A stretch of DNA of 64,000 nucleotides. It comes from Opitutales bacterium (GTDB lineage: Bacteria > Verrucomicrobiota > Verrucomicrobiia > Opitutales > Seribacteraceae). The stretch is taken from the NCBI GenBank assembly GCA_965660725.1, contig CBFIBI010000004.1, positions 4,164 to 68,163 of the forward strand, written 5' to 3'. Shown one piece after another: positions 46,476-56,612 of this stretch. The notes under the pieces are model-generated. The model was given only the letters and a program-made list of their open reading frames with translations, was not told the DNA's origin and made no database searches. Position 1 is the first letter of the stretch, and every line of letters starts with the position of its first letter. The translations under genes and the position numbers were made by a program.

Positions 46476-49418
46476 TTAATCAAGGTAAACAAATTCATTC
46501 AGGTTTAAAGCTAGTAGGGCAAAGCGATCCAATGCTTCTTGTTCTGAAAGATTAAATTTATCTTTCATGCTTTTTATCATATTAACGCCAGCATCAATTT
46601 CATCTGAATTTGGACTGCGTGAAAATACAAGTTTTAATGCGTGTTCAACTTGTTTATTAAGATCTCTTCCTGCCTCAGTTTGCAGACGTTTTGCAAATGA
46701 CTTGGCAGAGTCATTCATAAATCTTCCGTTCAGCATATTAAGAGCCTGTGTGGGAACCGTGGTATTAAATCGGACTGGGCAGGTTGAGTCGGTATCTGCC
46801 ATATCATGGTTAATCAGCAAAGGCATTTGCATGGAACGCATTACTTTAACATAGACGCTTCTACGGTTGGCTTGTTCGGGAGTGCAGGGCCCCCAGCCTT
46901 TTCCTTTCACCGAAGAGCCTGCAAGGATAATGTCGGGAACCGGAGGTGTCACGCTTTGTCCTCCCATTTCGAGGTTAATGGTACCGCAGGCGTTTAAGAC
47001 CGAGTCTCTGACTTCTTCCGAAGTTAATCTTCTCATATCATAGCGCCAAAACATTTGGTTTAATGGATCCTTTGCAAGGGCTTGATCATTTGGCATGGAG
47101 GATCTTTTGTAAGCATCTGAACTCATGATTAAACGATGCATCGCTTTGATGTCCCAACCAGACTCCATGAACCTAACAGCGAGCCAATCAAGGAGTTCGG
47201 GGTGCGTGGGTAAGTCTCCCTGATATCCAAAATCACTTGAGGAGCGGACAATTCCCCGACCAAAATGGTATTGCCAAATTCGGTTGACCATCACCCGGGC
47301 AGATATCGGATTATCTTTGGAACCAATCCACTTGGCCAAGGTGGTTCTTCTTCCGGATGATTTTGTAAGCTTTTGTATGACTGGTTCCGGTGGGCTTAGG
47401 ACAGCCGGGAAAGCGGGAAAAACTTCCTCTCCTTCGAGAGCAGGGTTTCCTCGGCGAAGAATTTTGGTCACCTGTTCACCCTTCTCCGCGACCGAGAGTA
47501 CTTTGTAATAATCAGACTTGGGCTTAGTGGGTAAATGCCTTTCAAGTTCCCGGATTCTGTTTTTGTACTGCTTATGTGGCCCATCACCCATTAATTTATT
47601 TCCGTGCTTACGTATGAGTCCCACAAGGTCAACTGCTTCTTCAAAACATTCGAGACCAAGATCGATGAACTGTCCGCCCACGGTTTGTCTGCAGTGCACG
47701 GCGACAACATTTTTACCAGTTTGAAGCACATCAGCACTTTCACGGCTAATGTCATGTGTCTGATACTTGGATACATGGCCGGTATTTTGAAAAACGAGTT
47801 TACCATTCAAGTAAACTTCCACATCCTCATCGTGATGAAGGGTCATCCGTAAGGTTTTCGGGATGGCTGCGAGCCGGAAGGTGGTACGCAACCATATATC
47901 TTTGCTTTTCCAAACGGTGCGAACTTGAGAACCGGGTGTTCCCTTAGTCCCAAAACCACCAATGCCACTTTCCCATTCTCTATCATCAAACCCTACTTCA
48001 ATCCAGTCAGGACTTGGTTTCCTTTCCAGATAACTCCATTGGTTGCCTTTACCTGTTGCGTCTTGTAACAAAATGACTGGTTTGGCCCGTGTTTTTTCTG
48101 TCTTAAGAATGGACTCATCACTATTGTATTTGGTGAGAAATTTCTTTTCAAAATCAACAATTTGCTTCTGCAAATGATTTCTTTGCTTGTTCCATACCTC
48201 GATTTCATTTTGGTAAGTGATATTCCCAATAGAATCTTTGACCTCAACTAAATTTTCCTCTCTTTTGCCATGTGGTGTGATGTTGGCAAAAAAGGCCAGC
48301 ATGGAGTAATAGTCCTTAGTCGGGATTGGATCAATTTTATGATCGTGGCATCTTGCACACCCGACAGTCATTCCTAGAAAAACTTCCGTGGTGGTCCGCA
48401 CAATGTCATCCAAGTAATCATATCGGGCAAGCACCCGGTCGGCGGGTTCATCGTCCCATATGCCCAGTCGGTGAAATCCGGTTGCGGTGATTGCTGCAGC
48501 ACTTGGGTTTTCAATTTCATCCCCTGCAAGTTGCTCCAAAATAAACTGATCGTAAGGTTTGTTTTGGTTAAACGAATTGATGACATAATCCCGGTACCGC
48601 CATACCTGAGGTTTATTTCCGTCCCGCTCATACCCATTGGTTTCGGCATACCGAACGAGATCAAGCCAATGTCTTCCCCATTTTTCCCCGTAGTGCGGGG
48701 AAGCTAATAATGTCTCTACAAGCTTATCAAATTTATTGGTATTATTGTCACTTAAATATTCTTCGACCAGTTCAATGGAGGGAGGGAGACCAACTAGATC
48801 GTAACTTGCCCGCCGCAGAATTTCATGGTCTGAAGCCAAAGGGTTGACAGGTAAGTTTTCTTTATCAAGTTTCTGGCGAATAAAACGATCAATTGGATGT
48901 TCACTATCCAGTCCACTGGGCACATCATGGTCAACGGGTGATTTAAATGCCCAGTGTGATTTTGTTACATCATTAACCTCCGTGGTACTTGCATGACTAT
49001 GGGTATTTTTTGGTTCAATCTCATCTTCCTTGGGAAAAGGGAGCCCCATTTCAATCCACTTGGTTAAGTTATCAATTTTTTCCTGGGGCAATTTTCCGAT
49101 GGGGGGCATTTGATGATCTTCATCCTTGTAGGAAACCATTTTGAGAATCAGGCTACTTGCCGGATCTTGCAAATTAACTGCCGGACCGACCTCTCCCCCT
49201 CTAAGAACGCCTTCCCTAGTGGTAAGGATTAATTCTGCACGCACTTTATCCGCTCCGTGGCATTTCCAGCAGTTCTCTTCAAGGAGTGGTTTGATTTCAC
49301 TTTTCCAAAATGAAGGATTTTCAACCCCAAGTAATCCATTAGTTATCAGCCAAAAGCCAATAATGCTGAATCCTTTGATCATCAAGCGAAGATTGTAGGG
49401 TTGGAAGAAGAGTTTCAT
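46476..49418 (-). CDS. PSCyt1 (CxxCH) + DUF1549 + inserted jelly-roll domain + DUF1553 protein
   Basis: 980 aa with CWKCHG near the N-terminus, the DUF1549 block WGRHWLDLVRYAETNGYE, VGCARCHDHKIDPIPTKDYY, and a C-terminal DUF1553-like region. It ends 2 nt before the DUF1501 gene. Confidence 0.9.
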   Translation of the reverse strand: MKLFFQPYNLRLMIKGFSIIGFWLITNGLLGVENPSFWKSEIKPLLEENCWKCHGADKVRAELILTTREGVLRGGEVGPAVNLQDPASSLILKMVSYKDEDHQMPPIGKLPQEKIDNLTKWIEMGLPFPKEDEIEPKNTHSHASTTEVNDVTKSHWAFKSPVDHDVPSGLDSEHPIDRFIRQKLDKENLPVNPLASDHEILRRASYDLVGLPPSIELVEEYLSDNNTNKFDKLVETLLASPHYGEKWGRHWLDLVRYAETNGYERDGNKPQVWRYRDYVINSFNQNKPYDQFILEQLAGDEIENPSAAAITATGFHRLGIWDDEPADRVLARYDYLDDIVRTTTEVFLGMTVGCARCHDHKIDPIPTKDYYSMLAFFANITPHGKREENLVEVKDSIGNITYQNEIEVWNKQRNHLQKQIVDFEKKFLTKYNSDESILKTEKTRAKPVILLQDATGKGNQWSYLERKPSPDWIEVGFDDREWESGIGGFGTKGTPGSQVRTVWKSKDIWLRTTFRLAAIPKTLRMTLHHDEDVEVYLNGKLVFQNTGHVSKYQTHDISRESADVLQTGKNVVAVHCRQTVGGQFIDLGLECFEEAVDLVGLIRKHGNKLMGDGPHKQYKNRIRELERHLPTKPKSDYYKVLSVAEKGEQVTKILRRGNPALEGEEVFPAFPAVLSPPEPVIQKLTKSSGRRTTLAKWIGSKDNPISARVMVNRIWQYHFGRGIVRSSSDFGYQGDLPTHPELLDWLAVRFMESGWDIKAMHRLIMSSDAYKRSSMPNDQALAKDPLNQMFWRYDMRRLTSEEVRDSVLNACGTINLEMGGQSVTPPVPDIILAGSSVKGKGWGPCTPEQANRRSVYVKVMRSMQMPLLINHDMADTDSTCPVRFNTTVPTQALNMLNGRFMNDSAKSFAKRLQTEAGRDLNKQVEHALKLVFSRSPNSDEIDAGVNMIKSMKDKFNLSEQEALDRFALLALNLNEFVYLD

Positions 49419-49459
49419 ATTTTCATTTTAACAAAGATTCGATTAGGGACAATTTAGGA

Positions 49460-50251
49460 CTAAGCAACTGCCAGAGAAAGATAACCTAAGCTGGTGGAAA
49501 TTTGATCTGCCGATTGTTTGATTAAACGACCTGTTTGTTCTATTTTTTTTCCGTCCATTCTGCCTGAAGGAGCGACTAACCAAATTGCTCCTGCTACATT
49601 GTTCTGTCTGTTTTTTACAACCGATCCAATGCAGATTTGTCCCTCCATTTCTTCTTCCATATCCACACCAAAGCCGACTTTTTGAATTTGTTTAATCTCT
49701 TTTTTCAGTTTTGATATCGTTGTGATTGTCTTCGAAGTAAAGCGAGTAAGTTCAAGTTCTGAAATGATTTTATCTGTTTCTTTTTCAGTAAGGCTGGCTA
49801 GATAAGCTTTCCCAGGAGCTGAGGTGTGAAGAGGAAAACGAAGTCCAGGTTTAACTTTAAAACTAAAATTGTACAAACCGTCGATTTGTTCTAATACGAT
49901 GCCTTCGTTTTTTACAAAAGTTCCTGCAAGTAAGCTTTCTTTTGTCTCGTCCCTTAATTGATAGAGAAGAGGGATCGCTAATTCAATAAAGGAGGGATCT
50001 CCGGTAACTGGAGTGGCTAACTTTAAAAGCTTTTCTGAAAGGATGAAACAGGGCCCTGCTTTGCTTTTTTTAACATATTTTCTACGCTCAAGCGTAGACA
50101 TTATACGATATACGCTGTTAACCGGTAACTTGAGAATGGCAGCCACATCATTCACTGAAAGTCCTGTGGCGTTTTCGTTTAGCAACTCGATAATTGAAAG
50201 TGCACGGTCTAATCCAGGAACATTGTATTTCTGATCATTGGTGGATAGCAT
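49460..50251 (-). CDS. IclR-family transcriptional regulator
   Basis: 263 aa with the N-terminal winged HTH (LDRALSIIELLNENATGLSVNDVAAILKLPVNSVYRIMSTL) and a C-terminal IclR effector-domain pattern (PLHTSAPGKAYLA). Confidence 0.85.
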   Translation of the reverse strand: MLSTNDQKYNVPGLDRALSIIELLNENATGLSVNDVAAILKLPVNSVYRIMSTLERRKYVKKSKAGPCFILSEKLLKLATPVTGDPSFIELAIPLLYQLRDETKESLLAGTFVKNEGIVLEQIDGLYNFSFKVKPGLRFPLHTSAPGKAYLASLTEKETDKIISELELTRFTSKTITTISKLKKEIKQIQKVGFGVDMEEEMEGQICIGSVVKNRQNNVAGAIWLVAPSGRMDGKKIEQTGRLIKQSADQISTSLGYLSLAVA

Positions 50252-50318
50252 GAATTGATATATAAACTATGGTTTAAATATCAAAAAGCAAAAAAATTAG
50301 GACATTAAAATTTAGTAT

Positions 50319-52283
50319 TTAATTTACTGTAAAGTGAATGACACGAAGGGCTTCCCCACCTTCTCGTATTCTTCCTTTACGGTTTTCGAGAATTTCAAGT
50401 TCTAACATGTGCTCATCGTCTTTTAATTCTCTGAAGAACATAACAGTCATGGGATAGTTAAATCCACTGTAGCGATGTAATGTATCAATCTCTTTGGTCA
50501 TTTTGCCATCAATTGTGCAGCGTATAATTCCAGTATCCGGACCGGCGAGCATGTAAGCACCAATGGCGGTGCCATTAAATTTTATTTTCAATTTTGCATT
50601 TGCTTGATTGGCGTAAATGAGGGGCACATTAAGAAATCGGCTCCTTACTTTTCCTTTGTTCTCTTTGGACCAGTTGGGTATTCCTTTTTTCCAATATTTA
50701 TCAGTCTCTACCTGTTCTGGGTTAAGAAATCTTCCGTTTACATAACTAAATGGGTCGATCTGGCTGACTGTCGGGTAAGGTTGTGCTCTTATGCTCGGGG
50801 AAAACTGTTTAGACCATGCATCAAGGAGTGCATTCGAAATCATTGAAGCACACATAGTGTTTCCATAGTTGTTTGGGTGAACTCCACCGTATTTTTTCCA
50901 GTCCATTTTTCCCGCTTTGATCAGATCGGATAATTCCTGTGCGATATTATTCACGGAGACACCATAGTGCTTGGCAACCTGAGAGTGAGCGTGAATAGAT
51001 GGTGGTTTTTTCCCCTGATCCAGTTGAGAGAGCATATTTAGATTGGTAAAAAAGGTCATAACAATATCAACATATGGATTATGCTTTCTGGCTTGTGCAA
51101 TCATTCCCTCCATTCCACGCAAGGCATCCTTGTAATCTAGCTGAGCGTCTTGATCATCATTGACTGCAAATTCCACAAAAAGAATATTCAGAGGACCTTG
51201 GCTAAGTACATCATTAGTAAAACGAAAGGCACCCGTGTCCGAGCAGGTTGAACTAATACCGGCTTGGGTAAAAGTGAAGTCTGTTTTGGGAAAGCGTTTT
51301 TTTAGCATAGAGCAGACCATGGGTCGGTAACCGTTCATTTCGGTAATGGATCCACCAATAAAGGCGACATGCCCCACTTTTTCCTGCTCAAACTGAATTC
51401 GGCTATTGATAAAACTTCCCCTTAGGATGAAGTTTTTACGCCCGACAATTTTTTCTGCTGGCAGATTTGCCGATCCCTGAGCTTGCTTAGTTATAAACTC
51501 CACGATCGGACTCGGATCCCTAAGAGAGTGAGGATGGTGTCCTACGCCTTCCTTACGAATCACCTTCATTCTGCCACCCAGTTTCTTATATCTTTGCTCA
51601 GCAATAAGGGTATTTTCGTTTGCCGGGACAACTTTGTCAGACATCCCCACAACATGAATAATGGGAATATTTGCCTTGGCTAACGGTGCCAAATTATCGA
51701 CCGGGTTGTTTTTATATGCCTTGGCTTCCTGTTCGTTTTTAAAACCGTACACTTTCAGAATGTTTGGGTTGATTTTGGGCCAGCTTTTAAAATCGAGAAC
51801 CGGTGCATCGGCATAAATGGCGGCAACTTTATCTGGATTGGCTGCAGCCCAATTGTAAACGATCAGTCCACCCCTCGACATTCCTTCAAGAATCACCCGG
51901 TCAGAAAATAGATGTTCAAAACGGAGGTAATTATAAAATTTATTCCATCTGCTAACTGCCTCGTTGTTTCCAAAGAGTCCGCTTACATCACAGTACACGA
52001 CATGGTATCCTCGATTGAGCATGGCTAGGTCAAACTGTGGTTCATGTCCAAAAAACCTTGCCCGCCAAACCCAGGGTTTGCCGTCGGCAATTTTCTTGGG
52101 CACAACAACCCGGCAGCCAATACCCTCAAGAGGGAAGTTATACTGATCAAAGCCATGAAAAGAGGTTTTTTTCCCGTCCCAAACCTCATTGCTAGAGGTC
52201 AATTGCTTAGACTGTGCGTAAGATATCGATCCGGTAACAGATACAGATAGAATTATAGAAAAAATCGTAATGAAGACTTTCAT
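50319..52283 (-). CDS. secreted multidomain esterase: alpha/beta hydrolase + SGNH-like domain + C-terminal beta-rich domain
   Basis: 654 aa with a signal peptide and a nucleophile elbow GMSRGG in the N-terminal domain. The middle domain has SGNH-like blocks (VAFIGGSITE, EFAVNDD, GGVHPN). I do not recognise the C-terminal ~150 aa. Confidence 0.68.
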   Translation of the reverse strand: MKVFITIFSIILSVSVTGSISYAQSKQLTSSNEVWDGKKTSFHGFDQYNFPLEGIGCRVVVPKKIADGKPWVWRARFFGHEPQFDLAMLNRGYHVVYCDVSGLFGNNEAVSRWNKFYNYLRFEHLFSDRVILEGMSRGGLIVYNWAAANPDKVAAIYADAPVLDFKSWPKINPNILKVYGFKNEQEAKAYKNNPVDNLAPLAKANIPIIHVVGMSDKVVPANENTLIAEQRYKKLGGRMKVIRKEGVGHHPHSLRDPSPIVEFITKQAQGSANLPAEKIVGRKNFILRGSFINSRIQFEQEKVGHVAFIGGSITEMNGYRPMVCSMLKKRFPKTDFTFTQAGISSTCSDTGAFRFTNDVLSQGPLNILFVEFAVNDDQDAQLDYKDALRGMEGMIAQARKHNPYVDIVMTFFTNLNMLSQLDQGKKPPSIHAHSQVAKHYGVSVNNIAQELSDLIKAGKMDWKKYGGVHPNNYGNTMCASMISNALLDAWSKQFSPSIRAQPYPTVSQIDPFSYVNGRFLNPEQVETDKYWKKGIPNWSKENKGKVRSRFLNVPLIYANQANAKLKIKFNGTAIGAYMLAGPDTGIIRCTIDGKMTKEIDTLHRYSGFNYPMTVMFFRELKDDEHMLELEILENRKGRIREGGEALRVIHFTVN

Positions 52284-52301
52284 ATATAATTGATTTAAAA
52301 C

Positions 52302-53102
52302 TTATGTTTTTGGCCAGCGGGTTGCGACTACATCTAACCAGTGCCTTGCAATTAATTCGTGACCTTGGGGTAGGGGATGAATACCGTCCCAAATCCAGTT
52401 TTCTGGACTGGTTGCCCTGGCAGCCTGATCAAATAGATCCTGGGTATGAAGATGGGCAGCTTTATAATCCATGGCAAGCTTTGCTACCACCTCTCTCATT
52501 TTATCAGTCTCTTTACGGCGGGTCGAGTAAGCCTGTTGGTTTTTGAGCCGGCCTGATTGGAGAACAAACGGATCGAGCAAAACGAGACGAAGTTTTGGAT
52601 TAGCATTAAGGCTGGTCTCCAGAATATATCGGTAGTCTCTTTGGAAAGCATCAGGGGTAACTTTCTTATTCGGGTGACGAAATTTCATGGCCACATCATT
52701 GGTTCCCACTAAAATACTTAGAAGGTCGGGCTTCATATCAATAGCATCTTTTTGCCAGCGTGCTTTCAAATCGGATACTTTATTCCCACTGATTCCACGG
52801 TTGAAAAATTCAAGGTTTGCATCGGGCATATTCATTCCGAGACGGCCTGCAATCAGGAAGACATAACTATGCCCGAGGTAATGATTTCGATCAGCCTGGT
52901 TACGACCCCATTTCATATCAGTTATAGAATCACCCTGAAAGAGAAGTCGACTCCCTTTTGGGAAATCAGGAAGCTTAAAGTTATATCCCTTTCCTTGGAA
53001 CGAAAGGGATGATTTTATTTCGGCGGAGGAGTTTGAATCCAGTAAGGCAACTCCAGTGGCAACTGCTCCGAAGGTAAGAAATTTGTTTCGACTAATAGTC
53101 AT
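52302..53102 (-). CDS. SGNH/GDSL-family hydrolase (exported)
   Basis: 266 aa with the blocks FQGDSITD (Ser), NRGISGN, ILVGTNDV and DGIHPLPQGHE (Asp-x-x-His). Confidence 0.85.
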   Translation of the reverse strand: MTISRNKFLTFGAVATGVALLDSNSSAEIKSSLSFQGKGYNFKLPDFPKGSRLLFQGDSITDMKWGRNQADRNHYLGHSYVFLIAGRLGMNMPDANLEFFNRGISGNKVSDLKARWQKDAIDMKPDLLSILVGTNDVAMKFRHPNKKVTPDAFQRDYRYILETSLNANPKLRLVLLDPFVLQSGRLKNQQAYSTRRKETDKMREVVAKLAMDYKAAHLHTQDLFDQAARATSPENWIWDGIHPLPQGHELIARHWLDVVATRWPKT

Positions 53103-53200
53103 TTTCGCAAAGTAATGATAGATATTTTCATAGATTTAACCTGCAAAAATAAAGTCAGTGGGTGCCCGGAGGCACTTCCTCTATCGAAATCAAGTTTTTA

Positions 53201-54214
53201 TTAGTTTTTGATCAATTTACGGGCAGCCAAATTATTAAGGCGATGGGCCACATCGATAATTCCGTCGGTAACTGTTTTGTTATAAGTTCGACCATCCGTG
53301 GTATCAACACCGTGGCCCTTTACTGCTTTGCGCAGAGGTGCGAGGGCTGGGTCCTGATGATGGAAGAGTTCGACAAAAACATGCTTGAGTTTGCCGGTAG
53401 GGGCATAGGCAGCAAGGAGGGCACCGATCCAGCCATCGTCGGTGGTCAGGCAACCTCGAGTCGTTTTTGCCGAAGCGTGAAAGATTCCAAGAGCATCCGC
53501 TTTTGCCAATTCCTTGATAACTTTTTCGTTTTCAGAAACCGATAAGTCCGAATCACCGCAATGGGCTGCGTCGATCATAACTTTGAAGAATTTTTTCTTA
53601 ATTTTTTTATTAATTCCAGTAACCACTTTGGCAGCTTTTGCCGCATTGGTGAAATTCTGGAATTCAACACCTCGTAAAAATTCTAAGTGCCAGGCAACGA
53701 CGGAGCTTTTTTCTAGGGCTGATTCTTTGTAGCATCGAGCGTGAAGTTTGATAACCTGTTTAATGGCGTTGTCAAATGCCTTGCCCTTGAGTTTTTTACC
53801 TGAGAGCCATTCCTCGAAGGATGTGGAGGATACATGTTTGACTTTGTATTTTTTGGCAACAGCAAGACCGGAATTTAACATCTCGACGACCGCATCTTCA
53901 TCTTTTGGATTAAGCGGGTTGGCGCCACCGACCATCATAATCAAGTGAACCTGTAGCTTAAGGGACCGCAACCCTTTAAACATATCATCCAAGTCCTTAC
54001 TATCAGTTCCAGGAAAGAGTGTGACTTGGACATTATTCAATTTTACCGGAGATGTCCGGCATAGTAGTCGCATTCCCGATACGATTTTTAAATCACCCGA
54101 GTTTGTACGGGGCAGTTTTCCGGATTCATCTGGTGCAAGTGCACCTACAAACATTAGGTGGGTGGGAACAACACCGATTTCAACTTTAGATTTATTTTTG
54201 ATTTGTATGGCCAT
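53201..54214 (-). CDS. hypothetical protein, possibly a divergent xylose-isomerase-like TIM barrel
   Basis: 337 aa with no signal peptide. The spaced motifs WHLEF, MIDAAHCG, IFHASAK and VFVELFHH are compatible with the E/D-H/H/E metal-ligand pattern of that fold. This assignment is weak. Confidence 0.45.
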   Translation of the reverse strand: MAIQIKNKSKVEIGVVPTHLMFVGALAPDESGKLPRTNSGDLKIVSGMRLLCRTSPVKLNNVQVTLFPGTDSKDLDDMFKGLRSLKLQVHLIMMVGGANPLNPKDEDAVVEMLNSGLAVAKKYKVKHVSSTSFEEWLSGKKLKGKAFDNAIKQVIKLHARCYKESALEKSSVVAWHLEFLRGVEFQNFTNAAKAAKVVTGINKKIKKKFFKVMIDAAHCGDSDLSVSENEKVIKELAKADALGIFHASAKTTRGCLTTDDGWIGALLAAYAPTGKLKHVFVELFHHQDPALAPLRKAVKGHGVDTTDGRTYNKTVTDGIIDVAHRLNNLAARKLIKN

Positions 54215-54746
54215 GATAAAACAGGAGTGAAGGATTTAGGTAAAAGAAGATGATTCATTGATAATTTCCAAGGATAATCAAGGAAAATTAGTGAATGGTC
54301 ATTTATGAGCTGTATACGGAGAGTTATGTTTTAGCTAAATGAAATGACATTAGTAAGGACGAATGAAAGATGAGAGTTGTTCTTCCAAACGAAAAGTAAA
54401 ATACGATAAAAGTCTAAAGTGCTTTAATTTGTGAAAACCTCTCTACTTAATCATCTAATTGCTTCCTTTTTAAACTCAGGAGATAGTGATGCGGCGGTGG
54501 AAATTTTAAGCGAAGCCCATGTACGGAAGGATTTTTACGACTTCGCTTACGAATCCATACTCTCAATACGGGAAGCACTAATTGCAATTGGGAGTCATCA
54601 GTGATTGCTAAATTTCATAGTATCCGATCAAAAAAATTTCTGGTATAAATAAATAGCTTTAGCGACACTAGATGAATAGAAATTATCTAATAAGAACTTT
54701 TCAAGCTAGCCAAATTTGAAAGTAGTGCCTGTACCTTTTCAGGAAA

Positions 54747-56462
54747 TTACTGACGAGCGGAGGGCATTCGGTCGGATTTAATAAGGTTGGCAACATGATA
54801 GCTTGGGTCATCGGGAAGAACAATAATGTCCACCATACTGCCTGCTTTCTTAAGCAAATTGTGACAGTTGCTGCTTATGTGTTGTAATTTAACTGTTTTT
54901 CCAACCGCCTGATAACGTGCACCTAATTTATGAATTGCCTCCAATCCGGAATGATCCCAGACACGTGAATCCATCATGTCGACAATTACTTCTTCAGGAT
55001 CCTCAGCCGGGTTAAATCCCTGGTTAAAATCTGTGATTGAACCAAAAAATAAAGGGCCATGGAGGAAATAAACTTTTGAGCCATCATCCTTAATTTCTGA
55101 ATTTCTATGGATGTGTTGAGCTGATTTCCATGCAAATCCAAGAGCTGAAACAATAACCCCACTGATAACCGCGAGGGCTAGATTGTGAGTGATCACAGTA
55201 ATTCCAGAAACCAGAATGATTACGAATGCATCCGTTTTGGGAATCTTACGAAGGATCCGCAAACTAGACCACTCGAAGGTGCCGATAACCACCATGAACA
55301 TAACCCCGGTCAGGGCGGCTAACGGTATTCTTTCAATTAGAGAACTGGCAAAAAGAATAAAGCACAGTAAAAAAGTACCCGCGGCGATTCCGGATAACCG
55401 ACCACGGCCTCCGGATCGAATATTAATGATACTTTGACCAATCATTGCACATCCTCCCATTCCTCCAAAGAATCCGGTGATCACATTCGCCGCTCCCTGG
55501 CCCAGGCATTCTCGCGTACTGTTTCCCCTGGTTTCGGTAAGTTCATCGATTAGGGTAAGGGTCATCAGGGATTCAATCAGTCCAACTGCAGCGAGAATAA
55601 ATGCAAAGGGAGCAATGAACTGCAGGGTATCCCAGTTAAATGGTAGAGTGAATGAGACCAAGCTAGGTAACTCTCCCCCGATCGATGCCATATCTCGAAC
55701 CACCAGTGTGTCTAAATTCAAACCGATTACAAGACAGCTGATAGATACAATTGCAACAAGGGAGGATGGGATTTGTGTGGTCAGTTTAGGCAGGAAATGA
55801 ATGATTCCCATGGTTAGAAAGACTAGGCCGAGCATGAGGTATAAGTCGTTACCCTCCAGCCAGGACGAACTAGGCGTGGTCGGACTTTCAGTAAACATGG
55901 GGAATTGGGCTTCGAAAATTACGATGGCCAGTCCGTTAACAAATCCAAACATCACTGGCTGGGGAATGAGTCTGACAAATCGTCCAAGCTTAAGAATACC
56001 GCATCCAATTTGAATGATTCCCATTAGGATGACTGTGGCAAATAAGTACTGGGTGCCCATATCCGGGCCCAGCCCCAGGGCTTCTCCTTTTTCATTTCCC
56101 AGAATGACCAATGAAACCATGATTACTGCCAGTGCACCGGTGGCTCCCGAGATCATTCCTGGTCTGCCACCAAGAACTGCAGTGACTAAGCAGATGATAA
56201 AGGCGGCATATAATCCAATAATTGGAGTAACTCCGGCAATGATGGCAAACGCAACCGCTTCAGGAACCAACGCAAGGGCAACGGTCAGTCCGGAAAGAAC
56301 ATCGTCTTTCGCATGAATTCGATTTCCGAATTTTCTGTAAATTAATTTAAACACGATTGAATGAATTGTTGGATCACGATAAAAAGTTTTGAAACACACC
56401 TGCGATATCAGAAGGTCCCACGCATTCATAGTTATGAAAACAATTGAACCACCTACCACCAC
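54747..56462 (-). CDS. SulP-family anion transporter with a C-terminal STAS domain
   Basis: Motifs are DVLSGLTVALALVPEAVAFAIIAGV and a C-terminal STAS-like region (VYFLHGPLFFGS ... VIVDMMDSRVWDHSGLEAI). The start is uncertain: ATG 56462, ATG 56429 or GTG 56354 are all in frame. Confidence 0.85.
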   Translation of the reverse strand: MVVGGSIVFITMNAWDLLISQVCFKTFYRDPTIHSIVFKLIYRKFGNRIHAKDDVLSGLTVALALVPEAVAFAIIAGVTPIIGLYAAFIICLVTAVLGGRPGMISGATGALAVIMVSLVILGNEKGEALGLGPDMGTQYLFATVILMGIIQIGCGILKLGRFVRLIPQPVMFGFVNGLAIVIFEAQFPMFTESPTTPSSSWLEGNDLYLMLGLVFLTMGIIHFLPKLTTQIPSSLVAIVSISCLVIGLNLDTLVVRDMASIGGELPSLVSFTLPFNWDTLQFIAPFAFILAAVGLIESLMTLTLIDELTETRGNSTRECLGQGAANVITGFFGGMGGCAMIGQSIINIRSGGRGRLSGIAAGTFLLCFILFASSLIERIPLAALTGVMFMVVIGTFEWSSLRILRKIPKTDAFVIILVSGITVITHNLALAVISGVIVSALGFAWKSAQHIHRNSEIKDDGSKVYFLHGPLFFGSITDFNQGFNPAEDPEEVIVDMMDSRVWDHSGLEAIHKLGARYQAVGKTVKLQHISSNCHNLLKKAGSMVDIIVLPDDPSYHVANLIKSDRMPSARQ

Positions 56463-56612
56463 AGCTTAGGTCGCATTGCGACCAAAAGATTACCATAGAG
56501 CAAGCTCTGTAATTGGACAAGGAGATCTTTCTTTGAATCTTAAAAATTGAAAAGTTCCCAATTTTGATTTTTCGATTCGACATTCCATGCCTGATCGACA
56601 CCGTTCATCCCT

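Noticed and set aside
54431-54603. 57-codon GTG-start ORF in the long intergenic region, as a real gene.
   Set aside because: It is below the track threshold, has a non-ATG start and no recognisable RBS or family. It is mentioned in a finding only as a possible remnant.
55189-56316. A series of plus-strand ORFs (55189-55437, 55477-55800, 55801-56013, 56014-56316) tiling the SulP gene.
   Set aside because: They are antisense to a well-supported SulP/STAS transporter. They are Pro/Arg/Ser-rich mirror translations of a hydrophobic membrane protein.
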